A DNA stretch of 64,000 bases from contig NC_086386.1 in NCBI RefSeq assembly GCF_036588685.1, positions 35,588,001 to 35,652,000 of the forward strand. The letters run 5' to 3'. The notes below the pieces were generated by a model. The model saw nothing but the letters and a program-made list of their open reading frames with translations, did not search any database and had not been told where the DNA came from. Within the stretch, counting starts at the first letter, position 1. Every line of letters starts with the position of its first letter. This document shows, in pieces, positions 22,800 to 36,000 of this stretch. The stretch is from Mytilus trossulus (Eukaryota). The translations under genes and the position numbers were made by a program.

Positions 22800-25700
22800 T
22801 TACAGTAACTTTATGTTTTTAAACATGTAAAACCCTACGGAATGCAACTTATCTATGTAAGACTCTGTGAGGTTTACTCTTTCTGGAACAGTAACCGAAC
22901 CAGGACAGAAACTTGAGTGAATAAGTTTTACACACCGACTGTTTACATGATAGTATGCATTTGCCATTTTCCCATCCTTTCGTATGTACCATTCATTGTT
23001 TTCCTTATTGTAAGATGGTCTGAGTTCGAGATGACGTATGACAACATCGTTAGGTTCTTGTTTGTCTGTAGCAGTAAAGCTTTTTTCACAGCCGTAACAT
23101 TGGGATATTAAACCTTGCAGGAATGTAAATTCATATATTTTATGTTCTGTGACACATGCTGTTGACACTTTTAAGTCTCTACAAGTGTTTCCTTGTGAAG
23201 AAGATGGTTGAAGGTTCATAGGTTGATTGTTGTTTGTCTGCCAGTCACGACGTTTTTTGTTATAATTTTTCGGACTTCAAAAGCTGTATAGCTATACTGC
23301 AATAAAATTTCATCTTCTGATGAAAATCCGATAGCCAAAAGAACAAAAAGCCTCTGCTTACATGGAACTTTTCCTTGCCTTACTTGAGCTTGTATTTCGG
23401 AAAATGGACATGAACAATTGGTTGTTTTGTCAAAATCAATGCTATAAAATTTACAACTGCTAGTTTTGATTGTAATACATGCTTGACTCGGAGAATATTG
23501 TTCAACATCTATGATTTTAAATACGTTTGGTTCGTTTGCTTTTTGCAGAGACACAGCGTAATTAGTACTGTGGTATGTTCTGCGCCGGCCACTTGGACGT
23601 GTTTTGTCTTCCGGTCCCTTATCAGCTCTATGTGCATCTCTTTCATTTGATTTAAAGGAAGACGTGGATGGTTGACATGGAGCAGTGCCTCCTTTGTACT
23701 GTTGGTCTAACTCTTTCATTAATTGTTCAGCATTTTTTGCTTCCTTTTCTCTACATTTGCCTTGTCGTAAATGCTTTGATGGACCTCCGCCAGATTTGGT
23801 AAACCCAAAACAGTATCCTTCAACACTTTTCTCAAATTTAAAACATTCGGAAATATCGAATATTGCAGTTTGTAAAATGTTTAATCCTGTACCACCTGTA
23901 AGCGACATAGACGCATGGGATGCCTCTGCCAAATTGGTAGATGGTACATATGTATCTCTGAATGCCTCCATTACATGGTTTCTCCGATTATCCCACCATA
24001 TCAACCACCTTTTCAACTGTTGTTTTCCTGATGTTTCGATAAATTTTTCCATCTGCGAGTACGCAGCATTGTACATCAGTGGTGTTTCAGCGTTTATTAA
24101 TTTATTCATGTGCTTTTTAAAAGCAGTAACAGCTGTATCTTTAAACCTCTCCCCAATAAATGCACTTGCTGCATGACGGTTTCCACAGGTTCGTAAATGA
24201 AACTGACAGGTCACAATTTTTTCATCATAATATTGTTTGCCATATCGTTTCTCAAGTGACGCGTGCACCCCCCCCCCCCCCCTCCTTCATCTAACATTAT
24301 GCCTGAATATGGTCGGAATTCTGGGATTTTATTTTCCCTGAATGATTGTAACATTTTATCAACTACAGACATGGCAAGGTCTACAGTCTTTTTATTCTCA
24401 TTTTCACAGTCCATACGAACAAGCCATGTGACATTTTTAAGTAGGGTATGATAAACACTTAATCCAAAACATTTCAAGTTTTTCCCCTTGTCGATTATGA
24501 CCATATTAACTTTAAAATCCATGAGAGCCCACTCTTCTCCTAAAAAATGGTCTTTGTTAGTCATGTTTCCTAATGTCTCCAATTTTTTTTTTAATGACTT
24601 TATTATATAAGTTTGGAAGTCTTCTGGAGTTTTTGTTTCTGTTATCTTTTTTACAATGGTGTTGCCTTCCACTGTGGAATGATAAATAAACCACTTGTCT
24701 CCATGTTCTTCTTTGATCTGATATTCAAAAAGAAGAAAAGGGTCATTGTATTGATGAAGACATTTCTCCTGCAGTTTTGATAATTTTTCTGACAGAGGAT
24801 CTTTATTGAAAGTTTGATTTTTCAAATTTCTAGTTTTCCTTGGATCCGATAAACTTTCGGCAATGTCCTCTACCTCTTCTCTGGAAGTTTATGTCTCTAT
24901 AGTTTTCATAATGAGCCTGTTTGTCATTTCTCTGGGTTTTAAATTTGGCATAATATCAAAAGTTTCTTTTATTTTTTCTTTAGGTAGTTTTGGTCTTTTC
25001 ATTGGGAAGCATGTATGAGATCCGTGGTGATGAACAGTAACATACTCGAGTACACTTTTTTAAATTCCCATATCTTGACAGCTTTGCAAGGGACGAAATC
25101 CACTAGGTTATTACACTCCTCACAGAAGACTTTCCCATCTCTGTTAACTAAATGGATACTATTTGGCTTTCCAAAATACTCTTTAAATGGACACTTTCTG
25201 TATTGACATTGGAAAGAACCTTTACAATTTGATCTCACCTATTGTTTTAGGGAATTCTTTGGTGAACGATTTGTTGTAACGTGTCCAATTTCTACCATCT
25301 TTTGTTGACTTCATATTTTGACCTTCATTTTTACTGTAGGAAACTCTATATGTGCAATTTCCATCAATGTTCCATGGAATTTCTTCCTCTATTTCAATTT
25401 CGCTGTCTGATGAATCTAACATCCTGGAGTAAGGTCGTTTTCTTTTTCCCAAAGAATATGTTCTCTTCCCATTTTCAGAAGTATCTTGTGTACTTGAATC
25501 GCTTAATTCAACAAATTTTCTTCTCCTTTTTGTTGTTAAGACAGGCATGTGATCTTGGTCATCATCAGAGGAGCTAGATATACATCTGTATTTATCTGGG
25601 GGTGAATGTACTGGACTTGATGTTATTTCAATGACATTGCTGCTGATTTTTTCTGGAGAATCCGATATGACAATAGGGTTTTCAGAGCTTATCTCTTTTG

Positions 25701-27748
25701 AGATGGAGTTTTCAGTTTCTTCAAGTTCAGGCAAATCATACTCAACTATATTCAGGTTGACAATAGATGAATTTTTATAAACATCTTCCAATTTTCTATT
25801 GGCAACTTCAAATGATAAGGATACAAACTTGCTTTCTAGACAAATGTCATCTCTCCCAATGAATTCAAAAAGGGCCGTTGCCTTAGTTTTTTTCTGAAAG
25901 TAGGAACCATCTATAACTTTTCCATTTTCGAAAAACTTCACAAATATCAGTGTATCCCTGAAACAAAATAACAGAATATTAAATATTGTTTTTTATGTGT
26001 GCATATTTTGTCCTTTTGTTCGTAAGTCTATCAGTTGTCAGGACTATTTTGGTGGTTCGTGATTTAGTTGATTATTCGTTTAAAGATAACTTCTGCAAGT
26101 TTCTAAAATTTAGTCTTTACTATTTTTATTCATCATCCCAATATGTAGTAGTTGAACCTCCTTATTTAAGTTCAAAGAGATCCATTCACCATGTTCACGT
26201 AAACTAAAGTTGTTGTCAAGACACAAAATGTGTCTTCGGACGACGCAGACGACGACGACATCATACCATTATATACGATAAAAAAATTTGTCGTCGTTTA
26301 AAAGATGTGGTATTATAATAATTGCAAATGAGACAACTCTCCACAAGAGACCAAATGACACAGAAATTAACAACTATAGTTCACGGTATGGCCTTCAACA
26401 ATGAGCAAAGGTCACACCACATAGTCCAACTATGAACGGTCCAAAAATTACAAATTTGAAATGATTCAAATCAGAAAACTAACGACCTAAAAACATTTAC
26501 AAAAAATATTTTTAAACAAAAATCTAATACATCAACAACTGACTCCTGTCTTGGTACAGGCACATACATACAGAATGTGGCAGGGTTAAACATATTAGCG
26601 GGATCCTAACCCTCCCACTTACATGGGACAGTGATGAAACATTATAATTTGAGAACGAAATGTTCATACATGTAGTTTAATTTTGGACCCTTTTGACCTG
26701 AATGTAGACAAGCCAATTTAAAAATGGGGTCCAATATTCAACAAGATTTCTTGTTATTGTACAATACTATGCTACTAAGTTATTGTCTGGAAATTACAAA
26801 AAAATGCTCATATTTCCTGAACATTTATGGCAATTACTCCCAAACTTAATACGTGGCTTTCTCTTGTGATATGGAACCTTTTGGTACAAATTTAAGTGAG
26901 ATCCATACACTTTCATACAAGATACTGAAATTACAATAAACAGCTATGCCTGTCGCTTTTTCAATGACTTCTCAATGTCATTTCCGAAATGCGGGAAATA
27001 CTAAAGGAAGGTTTTCTTAATACTTAAAAATCAAACTTTTTTATGAAAATATTCCCAAAACTCGGAAACATAACAACCTTAAATTTAAAAAAAATGAAAT
27101 GGAGCTTACATCAATAGATATGATCAATTCAAAGTTTTATGAAAACTGCCAAAATCATTTTTGGCCTAGCATCGACCGAAAACTAGAATAAAACCCCCTT
27201 TTTAATGGAAAAAAAACATGATATTAAACCTAAAAACATACAATCTAAAATGTATGAAAGATGAAAGGGAGCTCACATCAATAGCTATTAACAAGTCACT
27301 GAAGTTTGTCCGACATGTTGACAACGAACTGACGGACAGGCTTTTTTATTGCCCCTATTCGGCCTCGAATTCCTAAACTATTGATACCATAATGTATCAA
27401 TTATAGAGTTACATAAAACCATCACCCCCAAAACTCAATCTCAATCGTTCTTTTTATTGTATTGAACCTTCTGGTAAAATTTCTTATTTCACTTAAACTA
27501 AAAGTTATCGCCTGGAAACTAATGTGTCCTGGCAACTTGAAACTTCAGGCCAGTTTAAGTTTGGACTAACTAATAAGGCTAGCGACATATAAACAACGGA
27601 AGCAAGTGCGGAGATTTAATTTTAATTGGTTCTCGAAAAGAAGAGGTTCCAAAAAGATTTTAACCAAAGGCAAAGACTTTTGATTTTATTTAAAAAAAAA
27701 TCGAGATGAAAAAAACATTAAATGGAATTCTTACCTTTCAGAAGTCAT
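22800..27748 (-). pseudogene. Spliced MULE transposase, frameshifted (GCM/WRKY-like Zn finger - DDE - SWIM - C-terminal Cys/His finger)
   Basis: Exon 27735-27748 (ATGACTTCTGAAAG|GTAAG) splices in frame to the acceptor at 25957. Motifs: DGRNW...CKGSFQC..C..CEEC; WALMD; IMLDE; CQFH; TNLAEASH; CSC..PCKQ; CYGC...YYHVNSRC. Frameshifts near 25235, 24830-25050, 24270 (poly-C) and 23220. Confidence 0.75.
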
Positions 27749-30275
27749 TTTCTTTTCTTTCAAATCTTTTTACTAATTCTAAGTACTACTTTTATCCTAA
27801 ATCTGTACAAATAAAAAATGAAAACAGAATATAAGCAGTGTAAAGGCAAATGATTGGTCGAAGTTTAATTGTGACGATAACTTTTCTTGGTTTTTTTCCT
27901 GAATTTTCCTATTGTGATTTCATAAAATAGGGACCCTGCCTGATGACATCACTTAAAAGATACAAAACTTTCTTCAAATCTTTAAAAAGGAAGGATAAAA
28001 ATAATTAGAGAAACAGATTCCACCACTATAACTCGTTTATTACAATATTTCTCAACTCTCAACAATTAAATTTTAAGTATTTAAATATTAAAAAAATAAC
28101 TGTCGGGAGTGGAGAAATATCATAACACACTTGTTGCATTTGTAGAATCTATATTTCTTAATATTTAAATGTAAGTTGTATTTTATTAAAGTTCATAACA
28201 TATATTATGTGGCTACTTTTGTTTTGTACCAAAAAACATCTGAAAAGTGACATAGTATGGCATATTTGATTGATTTTTCCGATTGCAGCTTGAATTTGAG
28301 GGTCTTAATTCACTCAATCTGTTCAAATCTTTCCCATGTTATTTAATGCCAAAATCAGCCTTAACCATACATATACATGTACACCTTTATATATACTCAA
28401 AGGATCTTTTGAAAATAATAAATACTTTTTTTTACTTTCAATCATTAGTCAAATTCTAAATGGACAATTGTAGTAAAACTGGCTCAAGTACCCCCCCCCC
28501 CCTTTTCCAAAAAAAAAAAGAAAGTAAAAAAAGCAGAAATAAGAAAACGTACCCTTCTCACTTATTTTGGCTGGGTCTGCAAACTAATGTTGACTCTCAA
28601 GCGTCTCTGTAATGTCAAAATTTTTATTTTGCGTCTTTACATAATAAAACTGACTGCCAAAGGAAGCAAGTTATTTTGTTTGCTTCTTGCACTAAATAAG
28701 TTGATGCAAGAAAGGGTATATACAATTATTTAAACCCAATAATTTCTTAATATTAGCCTCAAAGATGTTAAATGCCCACTGAAAGGAATTTAATTGTTTA
28801 TGTAACTAGATTAAGACAGATTAATGTGTTCTATGATAGAACCTGTTCAGCCTATGTAAATAAGTTTTTATTGCTTTCACTTTAATTAGAATCAATGTTT
28901 AGAACTATAATTAGCAATTGAGCAGTATGATAAGTATCAAACGATACAAGTATGTGTACTAAAATTATGATAATAAGTGAATTTAGTTATAATGAAATGA
29001 CAAAATCAAATACTGACAACTGATAACTGACCAAAACTTCTATCCTACTTTTATGCTTTATTACTACAGGATGTGTACTGTAAGAAATGATTTTAAATTT
29101 ATTAGTCATGGGGTAGATTTTATATATGTATTTTCACAATCCAATTAAAAACCGTTTTTAATTAGATTGGTATTTTCATACATATAATATTTATGTGTGA
29201 CCTGAAACCTGCATGCAAACTTCAACCCGCAACCTGCAACCCGCAACCTGCAAAATAGCACTTACCATGAATTTCTTCTAATGTTTCATGTATGCAAACC
29301 TTTCAATGTTAATGAGGTGGAAATGTCAAAATGATTGGATTTATTGCTCCTATATCTAACCTCAGTGGAAATACCACATTGAATAAATAGAATTTAATTG
29401 GTTTGACAAATAGCTGATGCATTTACGATTGTGGTTTAACCGCATTAAAAATAAACAGGAACATTTAATTAGTTTCAGATACTTATAATATATATCCAGC
29501 AAGTGATAATATCAACCTATTGATATATTTAATCTGAATTTCTCACCCTTTTCATATATCATGAAGCATGAAATAGTGACCTATTCCAGCGGCTCATCCC
29601 TACCAGTCATTACATAGGAAGTGGCCCCCCGAGAAAATGCAGCATGGAGAAAAAAGTTGTGGCGCAAAAGGACGCATTTTTAGCGCAAACGGATTCCTCC
29701 CATCATTTTTATCATGTACTATTGATCAAAGGATGTTTGATTAGGAATCGATCAAATTGAATCATCATTTATACAAAGCATATTGAATTTCAAAAATAAT
29801 AGAAAATTAACGGAGAAGATAGACGGATGAATACTCATTATATCAACCAAGACCTTGAGAATCAAGCACCTGTCGAATTGATTTATAATTCTAGAAAAGA
29901 CAGCTTACATGCCAATTAGAAATATAGATTTCATTTCGTATTCTGATCCAAACATACAATTCATTATCATTTATTTGTAAACTGATGCAAAGTGATATTG
30001 AGTCTATACTTATGTGTCAAATATTGCGACATGAACGCTTCAAGTTTTAGAATTAAAATAAATGTAACCAAATAATTATGATATTATTATATAATACGAT
30101 GTTGGTTTAAATTAAATTGGAGAATGCCTCGATATAATTATACCAATTATACCGGAAAGCTAAATTCAATAAAAGCCGTTGGTCAAACATCTTTTTTTCT
30201 TTTTGTTGTACAAACTTCCAATTAACGATGTTTCATGCGAGTAGGAAAATACATGTTAGTCTTGTATTATTTATA

Positions 30276-31195
30276 GGTTAGACAATACTTGTTCATGTTT
30301 TATGGAGATTTAAGCCCAAGGCGAAGCCGAGGGCTTAAATCTTCATAAAACATTACCAAGTATTGTCTGACCAATTTAGAACATATTCACACTTTCGAGT
30401 GACCTTACAAAATTACCCTTTCCCATTGTAATATTCAAACCTAAATAAGAGTTCACATTTTATAATGAACTAAATGTAAACATACTAGGTAATCATCATC
30501 GGAATGAAATAGCACTGACATAGTTTGTGAAGGATAAATTGTTTTTCTTCTGCTTCAGGTAAAATATAATACTTATATATCTTTAGTTTTTTTTTTTAAA
30601 AGCAACACAAAGTTATATAAATCCCCTTTTGAAATTTGATTTTTTTTATAAATGAAAAACTCTCTGTATGAATATTTGAATTCAGACCATTCAACATTAA
30701 ATGCTTACTTTTTATTGATAAATTTAAATGTTTTGTATTTTGAATAAAAAAGAAAATAATTTCCTCAAATGTTAGGTATAAAATGGTCTTTGGTTGGGTT
30801 TTTGTCCCTTTGACACATTCCCCATTTTAATTCTTAAATTTATTAAAAACAATATCAAAATCAAATAAATATCACTCTATTTATCCTTACCATTTGTTTT
30901 TGTGTTTTCTATATATGTGTATCATTAGAAAATGCATGAAATTTTGCAAAATTCAAAATGTTTTTATTTTAATCTTTGCTCTTTCATCTTAAATCAGTCG
31001 GATTTTCCCAAGAAAAACGCCTTAGGGGATCGTACACTTCGTTAGTGCATCTATTAAGAGTTCACTTTCATAATTAAGTGACAATGACAAGTCATTCATG
31101 TATAGCATTTCATAGTGCATGGAAAACCATGTACTATGAAAATTAGAGGGCAAAACACTGACTTTTCATTGGACGAGAAAGGTGAGTATGTTCTA
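30276..31195. mobile_element. Palindrome (30276-30372) plus adjoining inverted-repeat-bounded segment (30377-31195)
   Basis: ~40-bp arms around GGCGAAGCC; TAGAACATATTCACACTTTC vs GAAAGGTGAGTATGTTCTA. Confidence 0.55.
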
Positions 31196-31415
31196 ATTTA
31201 ATTTTAGTTTCTTGTGTACAATTTGGAAATTAGTATGGCGTTCATTATCACTGAACTTGTATATGTTTGTTTAGGGGCCAGCTGAAGGACGCCTCCGGGT
31301 GCGGAAATTTATCGCTACATTGAAGACCTGTTGGTGACCTTCTGCTGTTGTGTTTTTTTATTTGGTCGGGTTGTTGTCTCTTTGACACATTCCCCATTTC
31401 CATTCTCAATTTTAT
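31196..31415 (-). repeat. High-copy interspersed repeat (ATAAAATTGAGAATGGAAATGGGGAATGTGTC family)
   Basis: Near-identical forward copy at ~39352-39597; others at ~34962-35140, ~35225-35360, ~37497-37680 and ~18950-19335. Confidence 0.8.
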
Positions 31416-32598
31416 TCGTAATATTATAGGAAGTTTACCATTGGTACTCAGAAGACAACCAATTATTTCATAAATTCTTTTATTGGTTTTAAGAATTCTG
31501 TTTTATTATTACTTTTTGTTTGATGCAGTATAAATCTCGAATATGAATTTAAAACACAATTTCCTTTTCGTTTGATAAAAAAAAAATTATTTATTGAATC
31601 ATAGTGTTATTAGCCATCACAGATTCAACCCACCACTTTTTTCTTAAAATGTCCTGCACAAAGTCAGGAAAATGACCATTGTTATAATATCAGTTCGTTT
31701 CTGTGTGTGTTACATTTTAGAGTTGTGTTTCTGTTGTGTCGTAGTTCTCCTCTTATATTTGATGTGTTTTCCTCAGTTTTAGTTCGTAACCCGGATTTTG
31801 TTTTTTCTCTCAATCGATTTATGAATTTCGAACAGCGGCATACTACTGTTGCCTTTACTATAAGTGTAAACTGGAGAATGAATGAAATTCATGATATTTC
31901 AAAATTATATTCCTTCAGATATATAATTAAAAAAGTGAAACTAAAAAAGAACGTGAAAAAACATTTAACACTTTTTTCATTTAAACATTATTCGGGTTGA
32001 CCACACAGCACATTAAATATCAAGAGTTATCATATACTTAGACTAAATAACATATGATTTTTACTGTATGATAATAGCAATAAATTAACGTAAATTCCAT
32101 ATTTTTTCGAATTTGTGCTTAGCGGGCTGATATGAAAATGTATCACATGCCTCTGGTGATACTCTGCATATTCCGGAAAATGCACCTCAATGCTACGTTT
32201 TCTTTGAAAAACATTACAAAGTAGTGTTCAAAATAATTATTTGGATACTGGAAAGTTTATTGTTTAAAATTATAAAAAAACAAAACAAACAAATTAAAAA
32301 AAAACCAAACTAACAAATAATTAAACAAATGCATTTTTAAAAGTTTCAAACATGATCATTTAGAAAGTTACTTTAAAAAAAAATTCCAAACAGTGCTCGT
32401 TGTGTATATTTTTGTCGATTCGTACATACTAAAATATGTTTCTTCTCAGTTGAGGCATATGATAGAAACGTCCGTGAACTTTAAATTTCACTCTTTGAAC
32501 TGCTATTTGAGAACCACATAATTATATATAAAAGGATCAATATATATATGAATCTGTTATTTTTGTCCATTGTTGAAGCACATGATAAAAAGATCATA

Positions 32599-32723
32599 AC
32601 ATGTCATTTTTCATATCGCATGTATTATCAGCCCTCGATCAATATCAGCACTCGAGTCATGCGGCTCTTGGGCTGATATTGAACCTAGGGCTGATAAAAC
32701 ATGCGATATGAAAAATGACATGT
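32599..32723. repeat. Long palindrome (~55-bp arms) upstream of the FReD gene
   Basis: ACATGTCATTTTTCATATCGCATGT..ATCAGCCCT ... AGGGCTGAT..ACATGCGATATGAAAAATGACATGT. Confidence 0.7.
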
Positions 32724-33065
32724 AACACATGAATCTGTTTTTATTAATAAAATATACAAGCAGCCTTAACTAACGATTAACCGATGAGTCCTAATGAAAA
32801 TAAACATGATTTTCAAAGAAATGAGATGTCATTATAACAATTAAAACACCAATAATCAGGATATGCCACATTGATCATACGATGAAAGCAAATAAGATGA
32901 CAAAAACATGTTGTATTACTGGTTTTTTTTAGTAAAGAAATGAATTCTTTGGCCCGTTTGTATTAGAAAAGAAATAAAAAGAATATCGTTATTATATTTT
33001 ACATACACCTCAAAGCTTAAAGCTGTTAGTCGACTTATTATGATCTGGTTAATAGAACGATAAAG

Positions 33066-36000
33066 ATGTTATTGCATGCTTTTCTTATATTTTTACCTTT
33101 GTGCCGTGGTATATCAAGAACTGACCAAGACTTCTTCATTGATCATAACAAAACATTTCATTCTTGTGAGATAATAATACAAGAGTTAATTGAATCAGCT
33201 TTGGGATGTGCCAATTTATGTACCAGCAAGTCTAACTGCTGTGCTGTCAGTTTTAATAAAGTAACACACTCATGTAAACTGGCGTCATCTTGTGCATATG
33301 TAACACTACATTCAGAGACTACATGGATAATAAGAAAAACTGTCGATATAGGTAAGGAAATATATCATTTACACTCATACAAGCATATATATTATACTCT
33401 TCGGCAATCTCATTAAAATCCGATGTTCTGATACGCTACCGTATCAGAACATCGGATTTTAATGAGATTGACTCTTCGGCGTCTTTTGACTAGTAGCCTT
33501 TTTTGTCGTCCGGTTTTATGACAATGTTCGGCACTATGTCTATATGTTATCACGACACACGTATCATGTACAATAATATGCGCGCATAATTGGTCCATAA
33601 TTGGATTATTAGAGTATATTCTTATTCTTATACAGGCATTTAGAGAGAGACATAGTTGTTGCATTGGCACTCATACCACATCTTCTTATATCTATTTTCT
33701 TTAAACTATCAAACAGATATTTTATTCTATATTGGTCAAATATTTTTGAAGTAGTTTAAGAATAAGATTGACTGATTGTTGATTGTTTGACGTCCAGTGG
33801 CAAGTATTTCACGCATGATTAGTATGAGTTGATGAATAAGAGTATAAGCACTGAAAATAAATGCAAGTTGCTAACTACAGCTCTTGTTGTGCTAGAGTCC
33901 GTCTCCATGCTTAGTTTTGCATATATTTTTAAAGTTGACTGCATCACATTTCACTGCTTTTTCAGAATTTTGACAACTTCGTTCTATATAATAAAGCTAA
34001 TAATGAATTATATTGAAAAGATGAAAAAAAACAAAAAAACACCCTCAGCCTGTGTATAACCGGCTGAAAATTCAAAGTCCAATTTAATTTGTTTTTATTA
34101 AATATTTTAATAATATTTTTGCAAGATTTTATCACAACCAACTTATTTAAATTCAAATCATCGCTGAAACAAGTATTTTAAAACAAAAATCTATAGTAGC
34201 AGCTTGGTTGAATGCATTTTTTTAACAGATATCGTCAAACCTACCGACTTCAACTATTTACCTTTAGGAGACACTGTAAAATCATTTAAGAAAATACAAG
34301 CCTTGTAATATCTTATCAACTGGGAGATATATGCTCAGTATGCAAATGCGGCGCTGGAATGTTGCTACATAGAAATGGAAAGCTGAAATCTTCTCTTTTG
34401 CCATAAAGCTTTATTTTGAACCGACCTTCATTGTCCTTCATTGTCAACTTCTAGATGTAAATCCAATGCTGACAACCAAGGGCCCTTAATTGGTACAATA
34501 GATATTCTTCTGCTTATTTTTTTTTAATTTTTAGAACAATCTGCGATAATGGACTGTAGCGATTTACCAATGGAAAGCAGCGGACAGTATGAAATGATCC
34601 CATGTAATTCCAACGTAATTCAAGTTTATTGTGCAGAAGGCGGATGGTTGGTGCGTATCATTTAATCAAGATTCAATAGCTTATCTCAGTAAATGAATGG
34701 GTTAAACGATAGCTAAACGTTTACAATGCTTACCTTCCCCGTTATATAGAAATCATTTTTTTAATATTTTAAAGAGGAAATTTCGTGCCGGCAAAATCTT
34801 AATTTTCAATGCAGCTGTTCTGTTTCTATTTATTTGCCTTGTTCGTGTACTGCATAAAAGATTTAATTGTTCCTAGCTTGCTTAGACTATTGGCAGAAAC
34901 AAGCATTTAGTAAAAAAAATGTAGTCATACTGCAGAAAATGCTAAAGATGTACATTGAAAGACGTCCATTATCACTGTACTAGTATACATATTTTTTAAG
35001 GGGGCAGCCGTGAAAGACGCCTACGAGTGCGGGAGTTTCTCGCAACATTGAAGACCCATTGGTTGCCTTCGGCTGTTGCCTGCTCTATGGTCGGGTTGTT
35101 GTCGCTTTGAAACTTTTCCCATTTCTTTTCTCAATTTTATAACATGAGGGAAACTTGTTACAAAACGGCATTATCAAGGCCTTTAGTTGAATTCGAATGG
35201 CCAGATATGTATGCTTGAAATTTAGGATGGAAATTGAGAATATATAAAAGAGACAACAACCCGACCAAAGTGCAGAAAACAGCCGAAGTTTTAAACACAG
35301 CGAAAAAATCCCGCACCGGAGGCGTGCTTCAGCTGGCCCCGAAACAAAAATGTATACCTAAAAACGTGCTTGCATTTCCAGCACGCACGAAATACTGTCT
35401 TCTGCAATTCCTGAATGTGTGAAGGTAAATACTTGAATCTCAATAATATACAGTTTACGGTTACTTTTATGCTAATTGATATTTCACTTTTTATGCTAAT
35501 TGATATTTCACTTGTTATGCTAATTGTTATTTCCCTTTAAGGTGATCCAGAGAAGACTTGATGGCAGTACAGACTTTAACCGTAATTGGACAGATTACAA
35601 ACAAGGCTTTGGAGATATCACTGCAGACTTCTATATTGGTAAATTAATCGTATTGTTTTCAAGTCTTTATGACCACATACATGTATGCATACCACATTTA
35701 CATATTTATTATTGGTTTTACAGAGCATTTTTATTTGACAATACCGTAATTTTCTAGCTTCTTTTTTCGGCTATTTATCTCCAAATACAATTTATCAATG
35801 CTCGCTGCCTGTTCAACATTTTCGTTGAAAAATTAGAAGAACCATCTTCAAGCATACTAATGTAAATGATATATTTACAGTAAGATGTGATTTGACTGAT
35901 GTTTTTTTCTGAGATGCATTATTTTTTTAATTAGTTGATGTGAGTAATAAATTAGCTGTCAGTATCTGCTCTCAGATATTAACTTGGTGTCTTTTTTGTT

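Larger units (their letters stand above)
20420..29266 (-). mobile_element. Mutator-like (MULE/MuDR) DNA transposon, ~8.85 kb
   Basis: Imperfect TIRs in register (GAAACTGTCTAAAATGCAGG vs reverse-strand GGTAAGTGCTATTTTGCAGG) followed by inverted arrays of GGTTGC(A/G); near-TSD ATGGAATTT (20411-20419) / ATGAATTT (29267-29274); internal DDE transposase. Confidence 0.75.
19952..29630. mobile_element. Non-autonomous TIR element (G-run-CACTTC / GAAGTGG-C-run ends) split by the MULE insertion
   Basis: GGGGGGCACTTC at ~19960-19972 and GAAGTGGCCCCCC at 29618-29630; ACCCTTTTCATATAT sub-terminal motif on both sides (~20018, ~29545). Confidence 0.45.

Noticed and set aside
23685-24176. 163-aa plus-strand ORF
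   Set aside because: Antisense shadow of the MULE transposase with no recognisable motif.
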